A DNA stretch of 63,072 nt, filler included. It is 5 parts of 5 records of this genome, joined end to end, with 100 filler letters (N's around TTAATTAATTAA, not from the genome) between each part and the next. Parts side by side here need not be neighbours in the genome. Positions count along the whole stretch, not along the records: positions 38,929 to 54,588 come from SRR2962707_480; positions 54,689 to 63,072 come from SRR2962707_492; 3 more parts are not named here. One strand, 5' to 3'. Position numbers and translations under genes: made by a program. Position 1 is the first letter of the stretch. Each line of letters begins with the position of its first letter. A model generated the notes under the pieces. That model searched no databases, was not told the DNA's origin, and saw nothing but the letters and a program-made list of their open reading frames with translations. Below, piece by piece: positions 45,438 through 54,728 of this stretch.

Positions 45438-47132
45438 TTATATGTAGGTCAGGACGAGCGTCATACCCAGCAGAACCGCGATCCAGAGCACCATTGAGCC
45501 GGTGGGCCATGTTCTTGCGAGGAGGCCCTGAGGCCCGTGCGAGCGATAGATGCCGATCAGCAGCCGGTCGACACGGTGCATCGTGACGCGCGTCGCGAAG
45601 CGCCAGGTGCCGGTGATGGCACGGCGGACGCCACCGACAACGACGGGCAGCATGCGGCGATAGATCCAGTCGAAGTCGAGATTGACCGACCTGAACTCCG
45701 CCGGGTAGAGGCCTGTGCGAATGAGGACCGCGAAGGCCAGGCCCGCGAAGAGCAGGAGCTGCAACTGCGTGACGACATGAGTGGTGGTGTAGGGAGTGTA
45801 GTCCACCTCATAGGGCAGGATGCCGTAAAGGAGCGACGGGAAGACGCCTAGGCCGACGCAGAGGGCCGCCGTGATGCCCATGGCGAGCAGCATGTGGAAC
45901 GGTGCTTCCTTCACGCGGTGGCCCGCGTCGTGCGCGAAGAAGGTGAAGTAGGGAATCTTGATGCCGGAATGTTCGAGCACGCCGACGGAGGCGACGACGA
46001 GCGCGAGCCAGACGAAGAAATATCCCGTATCGGCGCTTGCCGAGAGAATGAGGCTTTTCGAGATGAAGCCGGAAAAGAGCGGGAAGGCCGAGATCGACAT
46101 GGCGCCGATGACGCAGAAGATCATGGTGAGCGGCATCGACTTGTAGAGGCCGCCAAGCTCCGACGCCTTGCTGGTGCCTGTGCGGTACATGACCGCGCCG
46201 ACGCTCATGAACAGAAGCGCCTTGTAGAGGATGTGACAGAAGGCATGCGCCACCGTGCCATTGAGCGCGAGCGGTGTGCCGATGCCGACGCCGACCACCA
46301 TGAAGCCCAATTGGTTGTTGAGGCTGTAGGCGAGGACGCGGCGGAGATTGTTTTCAATGGCGGCGAAGAAGACCGGGAAGAGGGTCATCGTCACGCCGAT
46401 ATAGATGAGGAGTTCTGTGCCGGGGAAGCTACGCGCAAGCGCGTAGACGGCGAGCTTTGTCGTGAAGGCGGAGAGCGTCACTGTGCCGGTGATGGTTGCG
46501 GCCGGATAGGCATCCTGCAGCCAGTTGTGGAGCAGCGGGAAGGCGCATTTGATGCCGAAGGCGAGGAAGATCGCCCATGTAGCGGGGCTGCCGAGCTCCA
46601 TCTGCGTGAAGGCAATCGTGCCGGTCTCGCGGTAGTAGAGGATGATGCCAGCCAGCAGGATGACGCCGGACCCCACCTGAATGATGAGATAGCGCATACC
46701 GGTGGCATAAGCGCCTTCGGTTCGCCGCGCCCAGATGAGGAAGACGGAGGCGATGGCCGTGCCTTCCCAGAACACGAAGAGCGTAATGAGATCGGCGGCG
46801 AAGACAGCACCGATGCCCGCGCCCGCATAGAGAAGCGTCGCGACCTGCTGGATCGTGTCCCGGACATGCCAGGCGTAGAGCAGCGCGAGGAAAGCCGCGA
46901 GCGAGAAAATGAGGCCGAAAACATAAGAGAGCGCGTCGAGCCGCATCAGCCCGACATGCATGTTCATCAGGTTGATGTTGCCGTAAGTCCCGTAAGGAAG
47001 CTGCCAGAACACCATGAGGCCGAGGACCGGCACCGCGAGCAGGAAAACCTGGCGCAGCGTGTTCTGCCGGATGAACGGAACGATGAGCGCCGCGATGGCG
47101 TAAACGAGGGCGGGTGTGCCGAGTTCAGGCAT
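45438..47132 (-). CDS. mrpD: Mrp Na+/H+ antiporter subunit D-like (third paralog)
   Basis: FVFWE, GIKCAFPLLHNWLQDAYP, LAYS, HAFCHILYKALLF and PLFSGFISK. Confidence 0.85.
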   Translation of the reverse strand: MPELGTPALVYAIAALIVPFIRQNTLRQVFLLAVPVLGLMVFWQLPYGTYGNINLMNMHVGLMRLDALSYVFGLIFSLAAFLALLYAWHVRDTIQQVATLLYAGAGIGAVFAADLITLFVFWEGTAIASVFLIWARRTEGAYATGMRYLIIQVGSGVILLAGIILYYRETGTIAFTQMELGSPATWAIFLAFGIKCAFPLLHNWLQDAYPAATITGTVTLSAFTTKLAVYALARSFPGTELLIYIGVTMTLFPVFFAAIENNLRRVLAYSLNNQLGFMVVGVGIGTPLALNGTVAHAFCHILYKALLFMSVGAVMYRTGTSKASELGGLYKSMPLTMIFCVIGAMSISAFPLFSGFISKSLILSASADTGYFFVWLALVVASVGVLEHSGIKIPYFTFFAHDAGHRVKEAPFHMLLAMGITAALCVGLGVFPSLLYGILPYEVDYTPYTTTHVVTQLQLLLFAGLAFAVLIRTGLYPAEFRSVNLDFDWIYRRMLPVVVGGVRRAITGTWRFATRVTMHRVDRLLIGIYRSHGPQGLLARTWPTGSMVLWIAVLLGMTLVLTYI

Positions 47133-47484
47133 GCGGGCGGCCTCCCGTCGCGTCGGCATCGCTGCCGGCGGCGCGCTCGTCTTCCGTGTCGGTCGACAAG
47201 GGTTCGTAGTAGTTCTCGGGGCGGCGCACGAGGAGGCGGAGGCCCTTGGCGAGGAAGATCACTGTGCCGTAGACGACAAATCCGAAGACGCCGTAGATCA
47301 GGGGATAGTCCTCGACCTCGAAATAGCTGTGCTTGTGATAGAGGAAATCGGCGAGGCCGAGCATGACGCAGGCCGCGATCAGCACATAGAAGATGCGCGT
47401 GACGTTGCGCGGTTTGTCGACGCCGGAAATCAGGCGGGCGATCAGGGGCATGTCTTTGCGGTCCTCGCTCGCGGGCGTTGTCAT
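47125..47484 (-). CDS. Small two-TM membrane protein within the mrp operon
   Basis: Two hydrophobic segments and LVRRPENYYE; overlaps both neighbouring mrpD genes. Confidence 0.75.
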   Translation of the reverse strand: MTTPASEDRKDMPLIARLISGVDKPRNVTRIFYVLIAACVMLGLADFLYHKHSYFEVEDYPLIYGVFGFVVYGTVIFLAKGLRLLVRRPENYYEPLSTDTEDERAAGSDADATGGRPHA

Positions 47485-48989
47485 GGCAGGCTCTCCGGCA
47501 GGATCGGAATGCTGAGCAGATATTCGTAGAGGCCGCCCACCGTAAAGAACAGGATCACGCAACCGATTGCCGTTGCGCAGATCGGGATCAGACAGAGGAG
47601 GGGCGCTTCCTCGATGGCATCACGGACGGGCGCTGCGGCGGCACCGAGCGAATGGGCCACCTGGCCCCGCGACGGAACGAAGAAGGCGCGCGCCGGAATG
47701 GGAAGCAGATAGGCGACGTTCAGCAGCGAACTCAGCATCAGCACGCCGATGATGATGAGTTGCTCCGCATCCGCCGCGGCGAGCATCAGGTACCATTTGC
47801 TCCAGGCGCCGCCGAGGGGCGGCAGGCCGATGATGCTGAGCGCGGCGACCGTGAAGCAGATGAATGTTATCGGCATCTTCCGGCCAAGGCCGTCGAGCTC
47901 GCTGATCTTCGTTTTATGGGCGGCGACATAGATCGCGCCCGCGCACATGAAGAGGGTGATCTTTCCCATGGCGTGCATAACGATGTGCATGGAGCCGCCG
48001 ATCACACCCATCTGGTTTGCGAGCGCGACGCCGAGCGTGATGTAGGAAAGCTGGCTTACCGTCGAATAGGCGAGGCGGGCCTTGAGATCGTCTTTCGTGA
48101 TGGCAATGAGCGAGGCGATCAGGATCGATGCGGCGGCGAGCCACATCAGCCAGTCCGCCGCGCCGGTCTTTCCGAGGAAGCCGACGCCGAAAATATAGGT
48201 GCCGACCTTGAGCATGGTGAAGACGCCCGCCTTCACGACCGCGACGGCATGGAGAAGGGCGCTCACGGGGGTCGGCGCGACCATGGCCGCGGGCAGCCAG
48301 CGATGGAACGGCATGAGCGCCGCCTTGCCGATGCCGAAGGCGAAGAGCGCGAGCAGGAACGGCACGTAGACCGGATCGATCTTGCCTTCGAGGATGCCGC
48401 CGGCGCGGAAGTCCATCGTGCCCGCGATGTTCCACGTCCAGATGACGGCGACGAGCAGGAAGAGGATAGAGGTCGTCATCAGGATGGCGAGATAGATGCG
48501 TGCGCCTCTCCGGGCTTCCGGCGTTTCCTTGTGTGCGACCAGCGGATAGGTCGAGATTGTCAGCACTTCGTAGAAGATGAAGAGCGTGAACAAGTTGCCG
48601 GAAAAGGCGATGCCGAGCGCGGCGGCAATAGCGATGGCGAAGCAGATGTAGAAGCGCGTCTGGTTTTTTTCATTCGCGCCGCGCATATAACCGATCGAAT
48701 AGATCGCGGTTGCGATCCAGAGGCCGGAGGCGACCGTCGCGAAGAGCATGCCGAGCGGTTCGATGGCGAAGCCGAGGGTCAGGCCCGGCATGACTTCGAG
48801 CAGGGTGACGGCGGGGCGCGCGCCGCCGATGACCGCATTGAGCAGGTAGAGAACGGCTGCGAAGGTCGCGAACGAGGCGAGGACGCTTGCGCCGTCGCGC
48901 AGGTTCGGACGGCTGCCGAGCGCGGCGACGATGAAGGGCGTCAGCGCGGGAATTGCGATGGCGAGGAGAAGGATGTTTGCGTCGGTCAT
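47481..48989 (-). CDS. mrpD: Mrp antiporter subunit D-like (second paralog)
   Basis: FIFYE, GKAALMPFHRWLPAAMVAPTPVSALLHAVAVVKAG and LAYSTVSQL. Confidence 0.87.
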   Translation of the reverse strand: MTDANILLLAIAIPALTPFIVAALGSRPNLRDGASVLASFATFAAVLYLLNAVIGGARPAVTLLEVMPGLTLGFAIEPLGMLFATVASGLWIATAIYSIGYMRGANEKNQTRFYICFAIAIAAALGIAFSGNLFTLFIFYEVLTISTYPLVAHKETPEARRGARIYLAILMTTSILFLLVAVIWTWNIAGTMDFRAGGILEGKIDPVYVPFLLALFAFGIGKAALMPFHRWLPAAMVAPTPVSALLHAVAVVKAGVFTMLKVGTYIFGVGFLGKTGAADWLMWLAAASILIASLIAITKDDLKARLAYSTVSQLSYITLGVALANQMGVIGGSMHIVMHAMGKITLFMCAGAIYVAAHKTKISELDGLGRKMPITFICFTVAALSIIGLPPLGGAWSKWYLMLAAADAEQLIIIGVLMLSSLLNVAYLLPIPARAFFVPSRGQVAHSLGAAAAPVRDAIEEAPLLCLIPICATAIGCVILFFTVGGLYEYLLSIPILPESLP

Positions 48990-48996
48990 GCCCGGC

Positions 48997-50505
48997 TCAT
49001 TCCTTCCACAGAATCTGCGACGAACTGATGAGCATGTCCGCGGCACGTCCTGCGGCGGCGCTTGTCGCCATGGCGTTGACGCCGAACCAGATCGACATGG
49101 CAACCAGTATCCATGTCGGGATCAGCATCGAGAGCGGTGCTTCCTTGCGCGTCACGCCTTCCGGCGCGGGCTGCAGATAGGCGGTTTCGACAACGCGCCA
49201 GATATAGATGATGGCGAGAAGCGAGGAGCCCATGATTAGAAGCGCCACCGGCCACCAGCCGAGTTCAAGGGCCGCCAGCACAAGATACCACTTGCTGACG
49301 AAGCCGACGGTGAGCGGCAGGCCGATGAGGCTGAGGCCGGCCACCACGAAGGCGGCCGTCGTCCATGGCATGTCGCGGCCGACGCCGCGTAGGCTCGATA
49401 TTGAACTTGTGCCCGTCATCAGCACGTAGCAGCCGGCGACCATGAAGAGCGCGCCCTTCGTGACGGCGTGATTGAAGAGGTGGATGATGGTTGCGGTCAG
49501 TCCCGTATCGGTGAGGAAGGCGAGGCCGAGCAGCATGTAGCCGATCTGCGCGATGCTCGAATAGGCGAGCATGCGCTTGAGGTCGTCCTGGAAGATCGCG
49601 ACCAGCGAGGCGGCAAACATCGCGAGGATCGCGAGCGGCAGGACCACCATCTTGAGCGTCGCTTCCTGAAAGTCGTAGTCGAAGCCGAAGACGGTAAACA
49701 TGAAGCGCAGCATCACGTAGACCGCCACCTTCGTCGCCGTTGCCGCGAGGAAGGCCGTGACGGCCGAGGGGGCGAAGCTGTAGGCGTTCGGCAGCCAGAG
49801 ATGCAGCGGGAACATGGCGAGCTTCAGGCCGATGCCGATCAGGATGAAGACAAACCCCATGTGCACGGTACTGCTATCGCCATTGGCGGCGATCCTGACC
49901 GCCAGATCGGCCATGTTGAGCGTGCCCGTGACCATGTAGAGCATGCCGATGCCGATGACGAAGAAGGTCGCGCCGACGGTTCCCATGATGAGGTAGTTGT
50001 AGGCCGCGGTGAGCGCGCGCTTGTTCCGCCATGCGCCAGAGGCGACCAGCGCGTAGGTGGAGAGAGACGATATCTCCAGGAACACGAAGACGTTGAAAGC
50101 GTCGCCCGTGATCGTGACGCCGAGTAGGCCGGTCAGACAAAGCAGGAAAGCGGTATAAAAAAGGGTCTGGCGTTCCGCCGGTATCTCGGCTTCGACGCTG
50201 CGCCGCGCATAAGGCAAGACAAGCGCGGCCATGCCGGAGACGATGGTGAGAACGAAGGCATTCAGCACATCGACGCGGTATTCGATGCCGATCGGCGGCG
50301 CCCAGCCGCCCATTTCGTAGGAAATGATCGTGCCGCCGAATGTTCGCGTGAGCAGGGTCAGCGCGATCAGGAAGGTGAGCCACGAAACGGCGGTCGCGAA
50401 AGCCCATGAGCGCGAACCGCGGCCGAGCATCGCGCACATAGGCGCCGCGACAAGCGGCAGCACGACCTGCAGGGCGGGCAGGTTCGTTTCGATCAGCGCC
50501 ATCAT
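48997..50505 (-). CDS. mrpD: Mrp antiporter subunit D (first paralog)
   Basis: FNVFVFLEI, KLAMFPLHLWLPNAY, LAYSSIAQIGY and GFVSKW. Confidence 0.88.
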   Translation of the reverse strand: MMALIETNLPALQVVLPLVAAPMCAMLGRGSRSWAFATAVSWLTFLIALTLLTRTFGGTIISYEMGGWAPPIGIEYRVDVLNAFVLTIVSGMAALVLPYARRSVEAEIPAERQTLFYTAFLLCLTGLLGVTITGDAFNVFVFLEISSLSTYALVASGAWRNKRALTAAYNYLIMGTVGATFFVIGIGMLYMVTGTLNMADLAVRIAANGDSSTVHMGFVFILIGIGLKLAMFPLHLWLPNAYSFAPSAVTAFLAATATKVAVYVMLRFMFTVFGFDYDFQEATLKMVVLPLAILAMFAASLVAIFQDDLKRMLAYSSIAQIGYMLLGLAFLTDTGLTATIIHLFNHAVTKGALFMVAGCYVLMTGTSSISSLRGVGRDMPWTTAAFVVAGLSLIGLPLTVGFVSKWYLVLAALELGWWPVALLIMGSSLLAIIYIWRVVETAYLQPAPEGVTRKEAPLSMLIPTWILVAMSIWFGVNAMATSAAAGRAADMLISSSQILWKE

Positions 50506-50924
50506 CCGCGATCACCTCCGCTCGAGGCGCCTGCGCTGAATTCCATCTTGTGTTCCATGGCGAGAATGTCGTCTTCCTCGACGGTCCCGTAGGTCTCTCG
50601 GATGCGGACCACGAGGGCGAGGGCGAGCGCGGTCGTCGCTATGCCGACGACGATGGCGGTCAGGATCAGAACGTGAGGCAACGGATTTGAATAAACCGCG
50701 TCGGGGTCGTCGATGAGGATCGGTGCCGTGCCGCCGATGATCTTGCCCATCGAGATGTAGAGCATGAAGACGGCGGTCTGGAAGATGTTCAGCCCGACGA
50801 TCTTTTTGACGAGGTTTCCGCGGCTGACCGTGATGTAGAGGCCCGTCATCATCAGGATGACGAACATCCAGTAATTGTAGTGGCCAAGCACATAGTCGAC
50901 GTCGAGGGCGATATCGGACATCAC
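50502..50924 (-). CDS. mrpC: Mrp antiporter subunit C
   Basis: NLVKKIVGL and NPLPHVLILTAIVVG. Confidence 0.9.
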   Translation of the reverse strand: MMSDIALDVDYVLGHYNYWMFVILMMTGLYITVSRGNLVKKIVGLNIFQTAVFMLYISMGKIIGGTAPILIDDPDAVYSNPLPHVLILTAIVVGIATTALALALVVRIRETYGTVEEDDILAMEHKMEFSAGASSGGDRG

Positions 50925-51358
50925 CAGTCCTCGTCCTTGAGCGGTGGATTATGGCTCGCGAAAGCAATGAAGATCGACATCATGACCGACGCGACGGTTA
51001 GCCCGACACCGAATTCGACAATGATGATGCCCCATTCCTGCGCATGCACAGGATTGTGCGCCAGTGCGTTGTAGCCAAGAAAAGCATCGCCGAGCAGCAT
51101 CGTAACGATGCCGGTACCAGCATAAATGAGTACACCCAGCCCAGCCAGCGCGTGAAGCAGGCGAGGAGGAACGACCTTTGTCAACGCGTCCACGCCGTAG
51201 ACGAGCGAATAGAGAATGAAGGCGACTGCAAATACAACACCGGCCTGAAAGCCCCCGCCGGGGCCGTAGTCGCCATGCCATTGCACGTAAAGCGCGTAGA
51301 GGAGGATCGGTGGAATCAGCAGCTTCGAGACGACCCGGAGAACGGAATGATGTTCCAT
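50921..51358 (-). CDS. mrpB: Mrp antiporter subunit B
   Basis: HGDYGPGGGFQAG; ATG at 51358. Confidence 0.9.
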   Translation of the reverse strand: MEHHSVLRVVSKLLIPPILLYALYVQWHGDYGPGGGFQAGVVFAVAFILYSLVYGVDALTKVVPPRLLHALAGLGVLIYAGTGIVTMLLGDAFLGYNALAHNPVHAQEWGIIIVEFGVGLTVASVMMSIFIAFASHNPPLKDEDW

Positions 51359-51362
51359 GAGG

Positions 51363-51938
51363 CTATTCCTTCTCCTCGTCGTTTTCGTCTTCCCGCTTGC
51401 GGCCCGATGTGCCGAGCAAAAGCAGTACGGCAATGGCGGCGGTGAAAATCACGGCCGTTTCGCCGAGCGTGTCATGGCCGCGATAGCTCGCAAGCACCGC
51501 GGTGACCAGGTTGGGGACACCTGTTTCGATCGGCGTGCGGGTTATGTAGTCCGGTGCGACATGCGTCTGCACCGGGTTGTCGGCCGCGCCGAAAGGAGGC
51601 ATGTCGCGCGTGCCGTAGATGAGCGCTGCGCCCGCAATGGTGCAGACGAGAAGCGGCAGCACGGCCGAATGCGAAGGCCCCTTTTCATCGCGGAACGTCA
51701 GCGCCAGCGTGCCGAGCATCAGCACAGTGGAGATGCCCGCGCCCACGGCTGCTTCGGTGAAGGCGACGTCGACAGCATCGAGCGTGACGAAGAGACCCGC
51801 CGAAAGCAGGCTGAAGACGCCCGCGAGCATCACGACGCCGAAGAGGTTACGCAGGCGCAGGATCGCGATGGCGGTCACGACGAGGGAGGTGAACAGCAGG
51901 ATGTCGATGATGGCGATGCCGATGAGATTGGCGCTCAT
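51363..51938 (-). CDS. Stand-alone MrpA C-terminal / MrpB-like subunit (DUF4040-type)
   Basis: DVAFTEAAVGAG and NLVTAVLASYRGHDTLGE. Confidence 0.85.
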   Translation of the reverse strand: MSANLIGIAIIDILLFTSLVVTAIAILRLRNLFGVVMLAGVFSLLSAGLFVTLDAVDVAFTEAAVGAGISTVLMLGTLALTFRDEKGPSHSAVLPLLVCTIAGAALIYGTRDMPPFGAADNPVQTHVAPDYITRTPIETGVPNLVTAVLASYRGHDTLGETAVIFTAAIAVLLLLGTSGRKREDENDEEKE

Positions 51939-52309
51939 GGCTGGGCCTCCTTGCGCGCCGCATCGCCGACCACTTCGCCGGATTCGTTGCGGCGTAGCCG
52001 GACGGGCCGGATGCCCGCGGTGAATGCGGCATTGGCGACGGCGTGGGTCGCGGTCGGGCTCGTGACGAAGAGAAAGAGGCCGATCAGCACGAGCTTCAGA
52101 GTGACCTGCGTGAAGCCTGCCTGGATCATCATGCCGACAAGGATGAGTTCGGCGCCGACCGTGTCGACGATGCCGGCCGCGTGAAGGCGCGACCAGACAT
52201 CCGGCAGCCGGATCAGCCCGAAGGCGCCGATAAGGAGGAAGGTGCCGCCGATAGCGAAGACGATACCGCTGGCAATGTCGCGCAAGAGGTCGATTGTCGC
52301 CGGATCCAT
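51935..52309 (-). CDS. mrpG: Mrp antiporter subunit G
   Basis: GLIRLPDVWSRLHAAG and SPTATHAVANAA. Confidence 0.9.
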   Translation of the reverse strand: MDPATIDLLRDIASGIVFAIGGTFLLIGAFGLIRLPDVWSRLHAAGIVDTVGAELILVGMMIQAGFTQVTLKLVLIGLFLFVTSPTATHAVANAAFTAGIRPVRLRRNESGEVVGDAARKEAQP

Positions 52310-52596
52310 CAGCGTTCCTCCCCGCGCACTGTCGCGCGACCCAGCGCGCGATAGCGGAAGAACTTCAGGATGGCGATGGTGCTGACGAAATTGATCAACG
52401 CATAGAGCATGGCGATGTCGAGGAAATCCGGGCGCTCGGTCACGAAGCCGAGGGCGCTGAGCAGCAACACGGTCAGGGTGCCGAAAGTGTTGACTGCAAG
52501 TACGCGATCATAAAGCGTCGGTCCCGCAAACAGGCGGATAAGGACGAGAAACACCGCGACGAACAGAGCCGCCGTTATTGCTAGCAAGATGGCCAT
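52309..52596 (-). CDS. mrpF: Mrp antiporter subunit F
   Basis: GPTLYDRVLA and DIAMLYALINF. Confidence 0.9.
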   Translation of the reverse strand: MAILLAITAALFVAVFLVLIRLFAGPTLYDRVLAVNTFGTLTVLLLSALGFVTERPDFLDIAMLYALINFVSTIAILKFFRYRALGRATVRGEER

Positions 52597-53070
52597 TCAG
52601 CGTGTCTCCACCTCGGCGACGCGCCGTCCCATGTCGGCGAAAGCGTCGAGATTGGCGGCATCTTCCGTCAGCGCGTGGACGAGAAACTTGCCGGGCGCTG
52701 TCTCGACGGTGACGGTGCCGGGAGTGAGCGTGATCGAATTGGCGAAGATGACGTGCCCCATATCGGTCTTCAGGTTGCTGGGGACGGCAATGAGCTGCTG
52801 GCTGATGGGCATTTCGCGAGCAAGGATCACTTTGGAAACCGCCCATGCAGATTTGACCACTTCGCCGCCGAGCCAGCTCCAGTAAAGAAGAAGGCTGGGG
52901 CGCAGTTGCAGCGGGACGGCTTCATCGTCGAGCAGGTTCATGCGCCGGGCGAGATAGACCGTGAAGAGGCAGGACAGAACTCCCAACGTCAGCAAGAACG
53001 GCTTGAAATAGCCGGACAGGCCCAGCCAAAGCGCGAACAGCGCGACAAGCAACCCAACCGCCTTGATCAT
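52597..53070 (-). CDS. mrpE: Mrp antiporter subunit E
   Basis: FANSITLTPGTVT...LVHAL; ATG at 53070 with GGAG RBS. Confidence 0.9.
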   Translation of the reverse strand: MIKAVGLLVALFALWLGLSGYFKPFLLTLGVLSCLFTVYLARRMNLLDDEAVPLQLRPSLLLYWSWLGGEVVKSAWAVSKVILAREMPISQQLIAVPSNLKTDMGHVIFANSITLTPGTVTVETAPGKFLVHALTEDAANLDAFADMGRRVAEVETR

Positions 53071-53430
53071 GATCTCCCTGCGAATAAACGGCACGAATGG
53101 CCAAAGAAGAAGACAGGTCGCCCGGTCACTGGCGACCGGAGGCCGCACAGATCGCGGCCAACGGAAATTGATATTCGTCCGATGTGCCGAAGCCCCTTGT
53201 GAGGGTTCCAATATGCAATGGGGCTGAGGGGAGGGCAAGAAAGACCGGATTCCGTCGTGCCGATTTCCATTTCTCCGGCATACTTTCAAAGTTAATCGCA
53301 CACTGTTATAGTTGTCATAATCTACAGCGGGGGTCCTAGGGGAGGAACCACGGACCAGTGCGGAATTCCGGTGCAGCCAATACTTGAGGCTCATCTGTTA
53401 TTGACTGGCCGGATGTTGATCGTGGTGGGG

Positions 53431-53979
53431 ATGGAAGAGCGTTTAGAAAGTACGACGGATTCCGTCGACGTGTCTTTTGAGGTCACGGGTGTCGTCAAGT
53501 GGTTCGATGCGGTCAAGGGATATGGCTTCATCATTCCCGATGACGGACGAGAAGACGTGCTTGTTCACCTCTCGTGCCTGAAGCAGACAGGGCGTGACCT
53601 TCTGGAGGAAGGCACGACCGTTACATGCGAGGCCGTGCGGCGCCCCAAGGGCAACTAGGCTGTTCGCGTTATCGACGTCGACGATACGACCGCAGTGAAA
53701 CCCGCCGCCGGCAACGCGCGTGCGGCGAACCGGTCACCCGTATCCGGGGTCGTGCCCATTGGCGAATTCGAGATTGCGATCGTCAAATGGTTCAACCGCG
53801 CGCGCGGCTACGGCTTTGTGACGCGCGGCGAGGGAACCCCAGACATATTCATCCATATGGAGACGCTGCGGCGTTTCGGACTTCGCGATCTGGTGCCGGG
53901 CCAGGAGGTGAGGGTGCGATTCGGAGAGGGGCCGAAAGGGCTCATGGTCGCTGAAATGGAATTCGAAGAGGAAAGCTGA
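53431..53979 (+). pseudogene. Two-domain cold-shock protein gene interrupted by an in-frame TAG at 53656-53658
   Basis: CSD1 (VKWFDAVKGYGFI...DVLVH) and CSD2 ([13 protein letters not shown]...DIFIH) lie in one reading frame separated only by [17 protein letters not shown]. Confidence 0.75.
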
Positions 53980-54065
53980 GCATTCCTTTCCGCTTCTCGT
54001 CCATGCTATAGGGCCGCAATCGTGATTTTGCGGCCCTTTTTGTTTTCGAAGAAGTGTGCGGCGCG

Positions 54066-54497
54066 ATGAGCGAGAAAGAAGACGACGATCCGCCCGAGGG
54101 CTTCACGCTCTCGTCGACCCGGGGTCCCTATACCACCCACAACGGACCGTTCTTTCACAAGGTGACGCCCGACGGCTTCGCCCATGGCGTGCGCGTCAGG
54201 AAGCGGCACTGCAATTCCCGCGGCATCACACATGGCGGCATGCTGATGGCTTTCGCGGACGGCCTGCTCGGCACCGCCGTCTGGCGGGAGACACAAACCG
54301 TGGCGCTCACCATCCGCATGAATTCGGATTTTCTCTCTTCCGCGCGTCCCGGCGAATGGCTCGAGGGCACGGCGCGGGTGACGCGGGCGACGAAGTCGGT
54401 GGCCTTTTGCGAGGCCGAGCTTTACGTCGGCAGCCGGCCGGTCCTGAAGGCAACGGGCGTCTTCAAGCTGATGCCGAGGCACAAGGCGGCGGAGTGA
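54066..54497 (+). CDS. PaaI-family hotdog-fold thioesterase
   Basis: HCNSRGITHGGMLMAFAD motif. Confidence 0.88.
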   Translation: MSEKEDDDPPEGFTLSSTRGPYTTHNGPFFHKVTPDGFAHGVRVRKRHCNSRGITHGGMLMAFADGLLGTAVWRETQTVALTIRMNSDFLSSARPGEWLEGTARVTRATKSVAFCEAELYVGSRPVLKATGVFKLMPRHKAAE

Positions 54498-54554
54498 CCG
54501 CTGGCAGCGCGGTTGCGGGCAGCGCCGGAACGGGTGTATTGCAAGCGGCAGTGT

Positions 54555-54588
54555 CGGGGCGTAGCGCAGCCTGGTAGCGCATCTGGTT
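54555..54588 (+). tRNA. 5' half of a tRNA, most likely tRNA-Pro, truncated at the anticodon loop
   Basis: CGGGGCGTAGCGCAGCCTGGTAGCGCATCTGGTT: acceptor-stem 5' strand, D-arm (GCGC/GCGC) and anticodon-stem 5' strand typical of bacterial tRNA-Pro. The anticodon itself is not visible. Confidence 0.75.
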
Positions 54589-54688
54589 NNNNNNNNNNNN
54601 NNNNNNNNNNNNNNNNNNNNNNNNNNNNNNNNTTAATTAATTAANNNNNNNNNNNNNNNNNNNNNNNNNNNNNNNNNNNNNNNNNNNN
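54589..54688. other. Artificial contig spacer
   Basis: 44 N + TTAATTAATTAA + 44 N. Confidence 0.99.
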
Positions 54689-54728
54689 GTCGTCATCGTC
54701 GTCGTCGTCGTCGTCATCTTCATCGTCA
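54689..54728 (+). repeat. (GTC/ATC)n microsatellite (poly-Asp on minus strand) at contig start
   Basis: gtcgtcatcgtcgtcgtcgtcgtcgtcatcttcatcgtca. Confidence 0.85.

Noticed and set aside
53656-54588. Nearby tRNA as an amber suppressor, or TAG reassignment, explaining the cold-shock stop
   Set aside because: The tRNA body looks like tRNA-Pro and its anticodon is cut off; TAG terminates coxD normally and no other gene on the contig needs readthrough.
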